Assembly: GCA_937875785.1 (NCBI GenBank)
Contig: CALEGV010000007.1
Location: 1-60,737, forward strand
Length of the DNA stretch: 60,737 bases
Source: an uncultured Mollicutes bacterium
Lineage (GTDB): Bacteria > Bacillota_I > Bacilli_A > ML615J-28 > CAG-313
Direction of reading: 5' to 3'
Shown: positions 28,528 to 38,725 of the stretch, in pieces
How positions within the stretch are numbered: the stretch's first letter is position 1
How the letters are laid out: every line of letters starts with the position of its first letter
Program-made: the position numbers and the translations under genes
The notes under the pieces: generated by a model
The model's input: only the letters and a program-made list of their open reading frames with translations
What the model was told of the DNA's origin: nothing
Database searches by the model: none

Positions 28528-29636
28528 ATTTTCTTACCTTCTTGTAATAAGATATCCACAATTCGACGACAAGCAAACCCATCTCCATAAGGATTAGAAG
28601 CATATGCCATTTTATCATAATAGTCTTGATCCATTATTAATTTTTTAAATTCCGTATATATCACTTCTTCAGTTGTCCCTACTAATTTTAATGTCCCCGC
28701 AAGAATTCCTTCTGGACGTTCAGTTGTATCTCTCATGACTAAAACAGGTTTTCCCAAAGAAGGAGCTTCTTCTTGAATGCCACCACTATCTGTTAAAATT
28801 AAATAACAACGAGCCATAAAATTATGAAAATCAATCACATCTAGAGGTTCAATGATTCTAATTTTTTCATTATTACCAAATACTTCATATGCAATACTAC
28901 GTACAACAGGATTCATATGAATTGGATAAATGACCTTTACATCATTGTGCTCATCTACAATTCTTTTAATAGCTCTAAACATATTCCCCATTGGTTCACC
29001 AATATTTTCACGACGATGTGCTGTAAGTAAAATGAGTTTTGAATCTTTTGCCCACTCTAAATGTTCATTATAATAATTTTGTTTTACTGTCGTTTTTAGA
29101 GCATCAATGGCAGTGTTGCCAGTAATATAAATTGTTTCTTCACTTTTTCCTTCTTTTATTAGGTTTTCTTTAGCCATCATTGTTGGTGCAAAATTATACT
29201 TAGAAATAATAGATACTGCCTGCCTATTAAATTCTTCTGGATAGGGGGAATAAATATTATAGGTTCTAAGTCCTGCCTCGACATGTCCTACTGCGATTTT
29301 CATATAAAAACATGCTAGTGCTGTAACAAATGTTGTTGATGTATCCCCATGAACTAAAACAATATTTGGGTTTTCTTTTTCTAAAACATTTTTAATTTTT
29401 TCCAAAATATTTGTTGTTACATCAAATAATGTTTGTTGTTGTTTCATGATTGATAAATCATAATCTGGAACTACATGGAACGCTTCAAGAACTTGATCTA
29501 ACATTTGACGATGTTGTCCTGTAACGCAAACAATAGTTTCTATTGTTTTTTCCTTTTTTAATTCATTGACTAAAGGGCACATTTTAATGGCCTCAGGACG
29601 AGTTCCAAATACTAGCATTATTTTTAACATAATCAC
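28524..29636 (-). CDS. wecB: UDP-N-acetylglucosamine 2-epimerase (non-hydrolysing)
   Basis: VFGTRPEAIKMCP, HGDTSTT, HVEAGLRT, TDSGGIQEEAPSLGKPVLVMRDTTERPE. Confidence 0.9.
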   Translation of the reverse strand: MIMLKIMLVFGTRPEAIKMCPLVNELKKEKTIETIVCVTGQHRQMLDQVLEAFHVVPDYDLSIMKQQQTLFDVTTNILEKIKNVLEKENPNIVLVHGDTSTTFVTALACFYMKIAVGHVEAGLRTYNIYSPYPEEFNRQAVSIISKYNFAPTMMAKENLIKEGKSEETIYITGNTAIDALKTTVKQNYYNEHLEWAKDSKLILLTAHRRENIGEPMGNMFRAIKRIVDEHNDVKVIYPIHMNPVVRSIAYEVFGNNEKIRIIEPLDVIDFHNFMARCYLILTDSGGIQEEAPSLGKPVLVMRDTTERPEGILAGTLKLVGTTEEVIYTEFKKLIMDQDYYDKMAYASNPYGDGFACRRIVDILLQEGKKI

Positions 29637-30709
29637 ACTTCCTTTTTAAATATTTCTATTTCATATTTAACCGTATTTTCTTCAAAATACTTATCATTTT
29701 TCTCTAAACTAGGACTTAAATTATGATACACTTCTTCAAAATCATCCCAATTTCCTTCATTATTTATATATCCAACATTTTTAAAAGTGTCAAAGACTTC
29801 ATGGCACACAGGAATATTAGATGTAATCAAAGGTATTCCAAAAGAAGCAATTTCACAAGCCATTAATCCTTGAGCATCAGTCCTTGTTGGCATAAGAGCA
29901 CATCGAGATTGATTTAAAATCTGTACAATTTCATTATGATCCATATATTGATTTAACCATACAATATTATCTGGTTTACCATAGTAGTCAAATATGTTTC
30001 CTTTTCCAACAACACAAAAAATATAATTTGGATATTTTTTTGCAAGAGAAATAACTAAATCAACTGCATATTTGGAACCATCTAAAAATGATCGAATGGT
30101 TATAAAATCATATTTTTTTTCACCATTTTTATCATATTGGAGTGTTTCAAATTCCTTACTTATACAATTATACGTCACAAAAACTCTTTCCTGATATTTT
30201 GTTAAAGGAAAACACCACTTTTCAAACTCATTTTTCATCCAATTTGATACAAAAATAAATTTAGATTTCTTCATTAATTTTGGCAAATAATGGCGCCAAA
30301 GAAATAATTTAAAAGTATCATATATATTTTGTAATATATTCTTACATATATTTTGATGTACATAAGAATATGGCTTGGAATAAACCTTATTTATCTTTAA
30401 TACTTCATGTCCATGGTAGAAAAAAATAATAGTTCCAAAGCGCTTTTGATATTTCTTCAAAAATCGATAATGGTTTCTAATATTTGCAGCATGACAAAGC
30501 AAAATATCTGCATCTGGTTTATCTGTTTGATAAGATTCCAAAGTAATAACGGATATTCCATCTATACTATAATTTTCTTTACTTGAAAAGTTTAAAACAG
30601 TAACTGCATATCCTTTAGCTCGATATGCCAAATTTCTAGTGTGAATATACATCAAAGAAACCTTACCACTATTGTCTGGATAATCAGTTGCCAAAACAAG
30701 TAATTTCAT
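29633..30709 (-). CDS. Glycosyltransferase family 4 (GT-B)
   Basis: 358 aa. C-terminal MPTRTDAQGLMACEIASFGIPLITS (EX7E-like region). Confidence 0.7.
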   Translation of the reverse strand: MKLLVLATDYPDNSGKVSLMYIHTRNLAYRAKGYAVTVLNFSSKENYSIDGISVITLESYQTDKPDADILLCHAANIRNHYRFLKKYQKRFGTIIFFYHGHEVLKINKVYSKPYSYVHQNICKNILQNIYDTFKLFLWRHYLPKLMKKSKFIFVSNWMKNEFEKWCFPLTKYQERVFVTYNCISKEFETLQYDKNGEKKYDFITIRSFLDGSKYAVDLVISLAKKYPNYIFCVVGKGNIFDYYGKPDNIVWLNQYMDHNEIVQILNQSRCALMPTRTDAQGLMACEIASFGIPLITSNIPVCHEVFDTFKNVGYINNEGNWDDFEEVYHNLSPSLEKNDKYFEENTVKYEIEIFKKEV

Positions 30710-30713
30710 ACTT

Positions 30714-32033
30714 TTATAATCTCCAATATTTATAACCTAATTCAAGCATTTCTTTACGATCTTTAATCCCTTTTACATCAACAATTATTTTTTTATGCAT
30801 TGGTATATCTTTAAACATAGCATTGATTTGTTCATTGGATAAGTTCATAAATTCCTTATGAGCAACAGCAATCATCACACAATCTAATTCTTTTAAATCT
30901 TCCAACGAATGAAGTTTTATATTATAGAATTTTTCTGCATCTGCTTTATCAGCTACAGGATCATAAATCATGGGTTCAATGCCATAGCTATTCAATTCTT
31001 TAATTACATCGTCCACTTTGGAATTTCTAGCATCTGGACAATCTTCTTTAAAAGTAATACCTAGGATACCCACTCTTGCTTTTTTTACATTCACTTCTGC
31101 ATCAATCATCAACTTTATCGTCTCATCGGCAATGTATTTTCCCATATTATCATTTACACGGCGTCCTGCCAAGATAATTTTAGAATGATAACCAAATTGG
31201 TCAGCACGATAAGTAATATAATAGGGATCAATACCAATGCAATGTCCACCAACTAAACCTGGCTTAAAGTTTAAAAAATTCCATTTAGTTGAAGCAGCTC
31301 GTAAAACATCTTGAGTATCAATTCCTAAACGATTAAAAATCATTGACAATTCATTCATAAAAGCAATATTAATATCCCGTTGAGAATTTTCAATTACTTT
31401 TGCGGCTTCTGCTACTTTGATTGTTTCGGCACGATGCACACCAGCAGCAACAACAATTTCATATATATGAGCAATTTCATCTAGTGATTCAGCATCCATA
31501 CCAGAAACAATTTTCTTAATCGTCGTTAAACGATGTACTTTATCCCCAGGATTAATTCTTTCAGGGGAATATCCAACTTTAAAATCAACACCGCAGATTA
31601 AACCCGATTCTTTCTCAAGAATAGGTATACAAGTTTCTTCAGTAACTCCAGGATATACTGTAGATTCATAAACAACAATACTTCCCTTTGTTAGATTACG
31701 TCCAACAATTTGTGAAGAACTCTCAACTGGTGTTAAATCTGGAGTTGTATCCGCATTTACAGGGGTTGGTACAGCAACAATGATAAACTTCGCTTCTTTT
31801 AGTTTTGTCTCATCGCTTGTCCATTCTACACTTGACTTTTGGATTTCTTCATCACCAACCTCTTTTGTGGGATCAATTCCTTTTTGATACAATTCAATTT
31901 TTTTCTTATTAATATCAAACCCAATCACTTTGACATGTTTAGAAAATTCAACGGCAATCGGCATACCAACATATCCTAAACCAACAAGAGCTATTTTTTC
32001 TTCACCTTTTAATATTTTTTCATAAAGTTTCAT
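30714..32033 (-). CDS. UDP-N-acetylhexosamine 6-dehydrogenase (TviB/WbpO-like nucleotide-sugar dehydrogenase)
   Basis: GLGYVGMPIAVEF, VIGFDINKKKI, GYSPERINPGDK, AEAAKVIENSQRDINIAF, PGLVGGHCIGIDPYY. Confidence 0.8.
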   Translation of the reverse strand: MKLYEKILKGEEKIALVGLGYVGMPIAVEFSKHVKVIGFDINKKKIELYQKGIDPTKEVGDEEIQKSSVEWTSDETKLKEAKFIIVAVPTPVNADTTPDLTPVESSSQIVGRNLTKGSIVVYESTVYPGVTEETCIPILEKESGLICGVDFKVGYSPERINPGDKVHRLTTIKKIVSGMDAESLDEIAHIYEIVVAAGVHRAETIKVAEAAKVIENSQRDINIAFMNELSMIFNRLGIDTQDVLRAASTKWNFLNFKPGLVGGHCIGIDPYYITYRADQFGYHSKIILAGRRVNDNMGKYIADETIKLMIDAEVNVKKARVGILGITFKEDCPDARNSKVDDVIKELNSYGIEPMIYDPVADKADAEKFYNIKLHSLEDLKELDCVMIAVAHKEFMNLSNEQINAMFKDIPMHKKIIVDVKGIKDRKEMLELGYKYWRL

Positions 32034-32941
32034 TTTTTATTTTCCTTCTTTCTTTTTTGTAAGTTTAGTGCCTCTTTTACAGACAAAAAAGGATTTGTTA
32101 GACATGCTACTAATAAATACCATACAGCTTTAACATAGTTCTTATTTCTCTTATTAGCAACAGCCATTACCGCAAAATGGCGGCATCTGATATAATTTCT
32201 TTCTTTTCGTTTCAATTGTTTAAAAAACTGTTTTTTATATTGATATAGTTTTCTTTCACCAATCATTTTATTTGGTCCTGTGGAAATAGCTTCTATATCA
32301 TAACGATACGCCCTAATATTTGATTCTGCAAAATAACCAATTTTTGCTTTACTTTGAATTGTTTTCGCCATTAAGTAAAACTCTTGTCCCATAATTGCAT
32401 CATCGAAACCACCAATTTTGTCTAAAACATCTTTTTTAAACATAAACGTAGGTGTTCCTGTAATTTGTTTTGTCAAATGATAGCGAAATAAATAATCAGG
32501 ATCAAACGATTCAATATCATGATGATTACGATAATCGATAAGTTGATTTTTTTCATTATAAATAGATAAATCACTTACACATACATCAAGTTGTTTTTCT
32601 TGCATATACTGGTATTGATGATTGATTTTATCTTTTTCATACATATCATCATCATCGAGAAAAGTAATATATGTACCATCAGATTCTTTAATTCCATGAT
32701 TTCTTGATAATGCTCCACCTAAATTTCTTTCATTTTGGAGATATTTAATTTTTTTACTATTCATGTCTTTTACCATTGCTTCAATCATCATTCTATATTC
32801 CTGATGCTCTGGTTTAGCATTATCATCTACTAAAACAATTTGAATATTTTCGTACGTTTGGTCTAACAATGATTGAATAGCTCTTTTTACAAGTTCTGGT
32901 TTTCTCTTATAGGTGGGAACAATGATACTTACTAAATCCAT
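32030..32941 (-). CDS. Glycosyltransferase family 2
   Basis: VSIIVPTYKR, VLVDDNA and FLDDDD motifs. Confidence 0.8.
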   Translation of the reverse strand: MDLVSIIVPTYKRKPELVKRAIQSLLDQTYENIQIVLVDDNAKPEHQEYRMMIEAMVKDMNSKKIKYLQNERNLGGALSRNHGIKESDGTYITFLDDDDMYEKDKINHQYQYMQEKQLDVCVSDLSIYNEKNQLIDYRNHHDIESFDPDYLFRYHLTKQITGTPTFMFKKDVLDKIGGFDDAIMGQEFYLMAKTIQSKAKIGYFAESNIRAYRYDIEAISTGPNKMIGERKLYQYKKQFFKQLKRKERNYIRCRHFAVMAVANKRNKNYVKAVWYLLVACLTNPFLSVKEALNLQKRKKENKK

Positions 32942-32948
32942 ATGATTT

Positions 32949-33629
32949 CTACCTCTTTAAAATCGCGATAACTGTTTGAAATAGTAACGCGATATCATAA
33001 AAAATATTTATTTTCTTTAAATATTGATAATTATATTTCATTTTTTCTGGTAAAATTTCGTTGATATACACTTCATCTGCATCACTTGCATGTTCAAGCA
33101 ACTTGTTTTCATCTTTGTACTTAATACTAGCAAGTGAGGTTACACCAGAACGTACAAGGAGAGTTGCATACATTTCCTCTTGATATTGATTCACATATTT
33201 TTCAACCTCTGGTCTTGGTCCGACAAAACTCATTTGACCAAATAAAATATTGAATAATTGAGGAAGTTCATCTAACCGACATTTTCTTAAGAATTTCCCA
33301 ACTTTAGTAATTCGTGGATCACCTTTAATTGTTACCTGTGTTCCTATTTTATCCGCATGTTTGACCATAGTTCTAAATTTCCATATCTTAAAGATTTTTC
33401 CATATTTTGTTACCCTTCTTTGTTTATATAGAATTGGACCCTTAGATGTACATAATATAATAAAACTAATAATAATCAATACTGGACTTAAAATAACAAT
33501 CATACATAATGACATTATAATATCAAATAATCTTTTGAAAAAAAAGGTTACTTTTTTCTTTTTTAACAAATCATAATATGCTTTAGTTGTGGGATTTTTT
33601 AAATTTGTAGGAAGTTTATCGTATTTCAT
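32949..33629 (-). CDS. Initiating phosphoglycosyl transferase (small PglC/WcfS-type bacterial sugar transferase)
   Basis: 226 aa, one N-terminal membrane helix. KFRTM, DELPQLFNIL and MSFVGPRP motifs. Confidence 0.85.
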   Translation of the reverse strand: MKYDKLPTNLKNPTTKAYYDLLKKKKVTFFFKRLFDIIMSLCMIVILSPVLIIISFIILCTSKGPILYKQRRVTKYGKIFKIWKFRTMVKHADKIGTQVTIKGDPRITKVGKFLRKCRLDELPQLFNILFGQMSFVGPRPEVEKYVNQYQEEMYATLLVRSGVTSLASIKYKDENKLLEHASDADEVYINEILPEKMKYNYQYLKKINIFYDIALLFQTVIAILKR

Positions 33630-33634
33630 TTTCT

Positions 33635-34846
33635 TTACTTTATCATTTCAATCAATGATGCAATAATATAATCAACATCATCATCAGTCAATAAGGTATG
33701 CAAAGGTAGTGTGATTTCATTTTGATAAAAATCAAAAGCATTTGGATAATGGGTAATATCGAATCCTAGATTTTTATAAGCAGTCATCATCGGAAGTGGC
33801 TTATAATGCACATTACATGCAATTCCCTTTTCAGCCATTTTTGCAATGATTTCTCTTCTTTCACTATCTGTTTTTCCAAGTATTCTTAAAATATACAAGT
33901 GGCCAGAACCATTTGTGTCATCATGATAATGATTTAAAATTTGCACTGGATAATTTTGAAAGGCCGCATTATATTTTTCAATAATTGTTCTTCTACGATT
34001 TAATAATTCATGATATCTTTCAATTTGAGCAAGACCAATTCCTGCCATAATATCCGTCATATTACACTTATAGGCTGGATATACGATATCATATTCCCAA
34101 GAACCCAGTTGCGTTTTCGCCAGAGCATCTTTATTTTGACCATGAAGAGAAAGTAACTGATATTCTTTATATAATTGGTCATTATCCATTCCTAAATGAG
34201 TTTTCCAAGTTACTGCTCCACCTTCACCAGTTGTAAGATTTTTTACTGCATGAAAAGAAAAACATGTAAAGTCTGCAACTTCACCACTATACTTACCTTT
34301 ATATGTTGCACCAAAAGAATGTGCAGCATCTGCAACTATAATCACACGATCAAAACAGTTTTGAATTGCATTTCTTGGATGATATAAATGTTTTTTTGTT
34401 TCAATTTTTTGATAGATTTCATCATAATCGCACATAATTCCCGCAATATCAACAGGAATGATTGCTTTTGTCTTTTCTGTAATGGCATTTGCCATTTGCT
34501 CATAATCCATTTCCAACGTATCTTTTTTGACATCTACTAAAACAATTTTAGCCCCAACATGTTCAATCACACTTGCGCTTGCGGTATAAGTATAAGCAGA
34601 GGTAATTACTTCATCTCCTGGACCGATTCCTAGAGCTCTTAATGTTAATTCTAAAGCTGCAGTTGCACTATTTAAACATACTGCCTTATTTGTATGACAA
34701 TAGTTTGCAATCTCTTTTTCAAATTGTTTTGTTTTGGGTCCCGTTGTAATCCAACCACTTCTTAATGCCTCGACAACCAATTCAATTTCTTTATCTGTTA
34801 TATCTGGGGGAGAAAATTTAATTACTCTTTTTGACATTTCACTCAT
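33635..34846 (-). CDS. DegT/DnrJ/EryC1/StrS-family sugar aminotransferase (PglE/WcfR-like)
   Basis: 403 aa. DAAHSFGA and SFHAVKNLTTGEGG (PLP-Lys). Confidence 0.85.
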   Translation of the reverse strand: MSEMSKRVIKFSPPDITDKEIELVVEALRSGWITTGPKTKQFEKEIANYCHTNKAVCLNSATAALELTLRALGIGPGDEVITSAYTYTASASVIEHVGAKIVLVDVKKDTLEMDYEQMANAITEKTKAIIPVDIAGIMCDYDEIYQKIETKKHLYHPRNAIQNCFDRVIIVADAAHSFGATYKGKYSGEVADFTCFSFHAVKNLTTGEGGAVTWKTHLGMDNDQLYKEYQLLSLHGQNKDALAKTQLGSWEYDIVYPAYKCNMTDIMAGIGLAQIERYHELLNRRRTIIEKYNAAFQNYPVQILNHYHDDTNGSGHLYILRILGKTDSERREIIAKMAEKGIACNVHYKPLPMMTAYKNLGFDITHYPNAFDFYQNEITLPLHTLLTDDDVDYIIASLIEMIK

Positions 34847-34877
34847 ATATAAATCCTTCTTTCTCTAACTATATTTA

Positions 34878-36755
34878 TTATTCATCAATTTTATATGTAG
34901 AAACGATTTGCTTGACTAATTTTTTCATTTCACCCGTTTCTTCGTAAGCTGCCTTATATATTTTATCCAAACTATCCCATAACTTATCTTCATCTAAATC
35001 AATTGGTTTTGCAATGGAGATTAATCCATTTGCTGTTTTTTGCATACCTTCTTCGGCCATTAATCTTTCCTCGTATAATTTTTCTCCTGGTCTTAATCCA
35101 GTAATCTTAATTTCCATATCCACCCCAGGGGTATATCCAGACAATTTGATTAAGTTGAGTGCTAAATCATATATTCTCACAGGTTCTCCCATATCAAGTA
35201 CATATATCTCTCCACCTTTTGCATAAACACCAGCTTGAAGTACTAAAGAAACTGCCTCAGGTATAGTCATAAAATAGCGAATAATATCTTGATGTGTTAC
35301 TGTGACTGGTCCACCTTCACTAATCTGTTTTTTAAATAAAGGAATAACTGAGCCATTGCTACCGAGAACATTTCCAAACCTTACAGCAACAAATTCACAA
35401 TTTTTAGAGTGCCTTCCAATGGTTTGAATCATCATTTCACAAATTCTTTTGGACGCACCCATAATACTTGTTGGATTTACCGCCTTATCAGTTGAAATTT
35501 GAACAAAACGTTTGGTACCATACTTATCTGCTGCTCTTGCAACATTTAATGTGCCAAAGACATTATTCTTAATTGCCTCATTAGGAGATGTTTCCATGAG
35601 CGGAACATGTTTATGTGCTGCAGCATTGAAAACAATATCTGGATGATATTTATTAAAAATATCTTCCACTTTTCCTTTATCACGAATGCTGGCAATAAGA
35701 ACCAATAAATTCAAATTCGGAAGTCTTCTTTTTAGTTCTTGTTCAATATCATATGCATTATTCTCATATATATCAACAATAATCAGTTGTTTCGGATTAT
35801 GTGTTGCAATTTGGCGACATAGTTCAGAGCCAATTGATCCTCCTCCACCTGTTACTAAAACAACTCTTCTTTCAATATATCCTAAAATTTCATCTAAATT
35901 TACTTTAATTTGTTCACGACCAAGTAAATCAACAATTTCCACATCTCTTGCTTTTGCAATTGACGCGGTACCATTTACAAATTCATAAATACCTGGTATT
36001 ACTTTTACCTTACACTTCGTCTCTTTGCAAATGTTTAATATATCTGCTTTTGCTTTAGCACTCAACGATGGAATGGCAATAATAATTTCTGCTACTTCAT
36101 ACTTTTTGGCCATTTCTATAATATCATTACGATTACCAACAACAGGAACTCCTTCAATATACGTATTCTTTTTCGTCTTATCATCATCAATCATACATAC
36201 AGCAGTTTTCGTTATTTTATTACTACTTTGTAATTCTTTCACAATTGTACATCCTGCATCTCCTGCACCAATAATCATTACCCTTAACCCCTGATGATCT
36301 TTTTGTAATGTTTTTGTACTTTGGAGAATATATCGTAATACACGATATGAAAATCTCGACATTGCAACTAAACATACCATTAATATTCCATTAATAATTG
36401 GAAAGCGAATAGGCAATAATTCAATATTATGGTTAGTTGCAAAATCAGATAGAAAAATCTTACAACATAATATGACAGTAAGATTGATTAAACTAATTGA
36501 TACACAAGCAATAATAATATTAATAAATTCTGCAAACCCTGCATAGCGCCAAAGACTATGGTATAATTTTAATAACTTAAAAATGAAAATAACTAAAATA
36601 ATTTCTAGTGGAAAATAAATCAATAACGACCACTTATACATTTCTAAATCTGTTGTGCCCGTAATTAACCATGTAGTAACAACCCCTGATAAAACAATAA
36701 TGATGGCATCTAACAGGATAAATAATATCTTTTTTAATGTCCTACTTTGTTTCAT
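34878..36755 (-). CDS. Membrane-anchored UDP-N-acetylglucosamine 4,6-dehydratase (CapD/PglF/EpsC-type)
   Basis: 625 aa. 4 N-terminal TM, two Rossmann motifs IIGAGDAG and VTGGGGSIG, and ISTDKAVNPTSIMGASKR. Confidence 0.85.
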   Translation of the reverse strand: MKQSRTLKKILFILLDAIIIVLSGVVTTWLITGTTDLEMYKWSLLIYFPLEIILVIFIFKLLKLYHSLWRYAGFAEFINIIIACVSISLINLTVILCCKIFLSDFATNHNIELLPIRFPIINGILMVCLVAMSRFSYRVLRYILQSTKTLQKDHQGLRVMIIGAGDAGCTIVKELQSSNKITKTAVCMIDDDKTKKNTYIEGVPVVGNRNDIIEMAKKYEVAEIIIAIPSLSAKAKADILNICKETKCKVKVIPGIYEFVNGTASIAKARDVEIVDLLGREQIKVNLDEILGYIERRVVLVTGGGGSIGSELCRQIATHNPKQLIIVDIYENNAYDIEQELKRRLPNLNLLVLIASIRDKGKVEDIFNKYHPDIVFNAAAHKHVPLMETSPNEAIKNNVFGTLNVARAADKYGTKRFVQISTDKAVNPTSIMGASKRICEMMIQTIGRHSKNCEFVAVRFGNVLGSNGSVIPLFKKQISEGGPVTVTHQDIIRYFMTIPEAVSLVLQAGVYAKGGEIYVLDMGEPVRIYDLALNLIKLSGYTPGVDMEIKITGLRPGEKLYEERLMAEEGMQKTANGLISIAKPIDLDEDKLWDSLDKIYKAAYEETGEMKKLVKQIVSTYKIDE

Positions 36756-37766
36756 TTACATAATCCCCTTAGGATTTTTTTGTTGAAAATTCCAAGAATC
36801 TCTGCACATATCTTCTAAGGTTCTTGTTGTTTTAAAATGTATTTCTTTTTCTGCTTTACTTGGATTAGCATAATAAATTGCAATATCACCAGGGCGCCTT
36901 GCAATCACTTGATATGGTATTTTTACATGATTGACTTTTTCAAAAGTATGCACAAGATCAAAAACACTATACCCAATACCATTACCTAAATTATAAATGA
37001 CTAAACCAGGTTTTTCATTTAATTTACGAATAGCACAAATATGCCCATATGCTAAATCACAAACGTGAATATAATCACGAACTCCTGTTCCATCAGGTGT
37101 ATCATAATCATCACCAAATACATTTAAATATTCCAATTTCCCAATAGCAACTTGCGTAATATATGGCATTAAATTGTTTGGAATACCACTAGGATTTTCA
37201 CCAATTAATCCTGACGGATGAGCACCAATAGGATTAAAATATCTTAATATTACAATATTCCAATTATGATCTGATGCATATAAATCTTTTAAAATATATT
37301 CAATAAAAAGTTTAGTTTTTCCATAAGGATTATTAGCACCAACAGGCTCATCTTCATTAATCAATATCGGATTTTCGGCAGTATATACTGTGGCACTTGA
37401 TGAAAAAACAAAATTCTTACAATTAAACTTTTTCATCACTTTTAATAGGGAGATTGTTCCTATTACATTATTTTCATAATAATCCAATGGCTGTTGAACA
37501 GATTCACCAACTGCCTTCAATCCCGCAAAATGGATGACACAATCAATCTGATTTTCTTGAAATATCTTTTCCAGAGCAGATTCATCAAGGACTGTGTCTT
37601 GATAGAATTTGATGTTTTTTCCTACAATTTTTTCAACTCTATGTAATGCCTCTTTTTTAGCATTAGAGAGGTTATCTATCACAACAACCTCATAGTTTTC
37701 TTTTAATAATTCTACACATGTATGGGTACCAATATATCCAGCACCACCTGTTACTAAAATAGACAT
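36756..37766 (-). CDS. galE: UDP-glucose 4-epimerase
   Basis: ILVTGGAGYIGTH, SSSATVYT, YGKTK, LRYFNPIGAHPSG. Confidence 0.9.
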   Translation of the reverse strand: MSILVTGGAGYIGTHTCVELLKENYEVVVIDNLSNAKKEALHRVEKIVGKNIKFYQDTVLDESALEKIFQENQIDCVIHFAGLKAVGESVQQPLDYYENNVIGTISLLKVMKKFNCKNFVFSSSATVYTAENPILINEDEPVGANNPYGKTKLFIEYILKDLYASDHNWNIVILRYFNPIGAHPSGLIGENPSGIPNNLMPYITQVAIGKLEYLNVFGDDYDTPDGTGVRDYIHVCDLAYGHICAIRKLNEKPGLVIYNLGNGIGYSVFDLVHTFEKVNHVKIPYQVIARRPGDIAIYYANPSKAEKEIHFKTTRTLEDMCRDSWNFQQKNPKGIM

Positions 37767-37792
37767 AATATCCTCCCAATATCCTATCCTAC

Positions 37793-38704
37793 TTATTTTA
37801 TTTTTTTTCCATCAATAATCAATGAAAAAGGTTCAACATAAGTTCCATCTCGTAAAATGGTGTTTCCTCTTATTACCGAACATGCATCAATCGTAACATT
37901 TTTTTCAATTTCTACTGTATCCTCAATCAAAATAGTATCAGGATTGATAAGATGAACCCCATTTAACATATGATTTTTATTAATCAATTGTTGATATTGT
38001 TTTTCAACTTGGGAAAGCGTAAATAAATCGTTTATGCCTGTTAATCTAAAATCTTCATCTACAACAAAAGAATTTACTTTTTTAGTTGAACCTAGTATTT
38101 CTACAATATCAGTTAGATAGTACTCATTTTTAGCATTATTGTTTTTTATTTTGCCTAATGTTTCATCAAGAAGTTCAGTATTAATACAGTATAAACCTGT
38201 ATTAATTTCTTTTATATCTTTTTGAGAACAAGTTGCATCTTTTTCTTCAACAATCTTTTTTACCTGTCCACTTTTGCGGACAATTCTTCCATATCCAGTT
38301 GGATTGTTGACTATTGTTGTCACAACAGTTAAATCATTCCCACTTTCAATATGTTGATTAATTAAATCCTCAATCGTTTTGCTATCAACTAAAGGCATAT
38401 CTCCTGGAAAAATCAATGTAATTCCTGTTCTTGTTGAATAGAATTCATTTGCACATTTTACAGCATTTCCTGTTCCAAGTTGTTCTTCTTGATAAGCATA
38501 TTCTACATCATCGTGTAAAATATTTTTAATAATTTCCTTTTTATGTCCAACAATTACACATATATCATCAATGCCAGCTTTTTTGCATGAATGAATGATG
38601 TATGTAATCATTGGTTTACCAAAGAATGGATAGACACACTTCGGTAATTCTGATTTCATTCTTGTTCCCTTACCTGCAGCAAGGATAATAGCGCTATAAT
38701 TCAT
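37793..38704 (-). CDS. GlmU-like sugar-1-phosphate nucleotidyltransferase lacking most of the acetyltransferase domain
   Basis: AIILAAGKGTRMKS..LPK, QEEQLGTGNAV, NEYYLTD. Only 303 aa, ending after a few left-handed beta-helix turns; canonical GlmU is about 450 aa. Confidence 0.7.
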   Translation of the reverse strand: MNYSAIILAAGKGTRMKSELPKCVYPFFGKPMITYIIHSCKKAGIDDICVIVGHKKEIIKNILHDDVEYAYQEEQLGTGNAVKCANEFYSTRTGITLIFPGDMPLVDSKTIEDLINQHIESGNDLTVVTTIVNNPTGYGRIVRKSGQVKKIVEEKDATCSQKDIKEINTGLYCINTELLDETLGKIKNNNAKNEYYLTDIVEILGSTKKVNSFVVDEDFRLTGINDLFTLSQVEKQYQQLINKNHMLNGVHLINPDTILIEDTVEIEKNVTIDACSVIRGNTILRDGTYVEPFSLIIDGKKIK

Positions 38705-38725
38705 TTTTGTACCTCACATTTTTAC

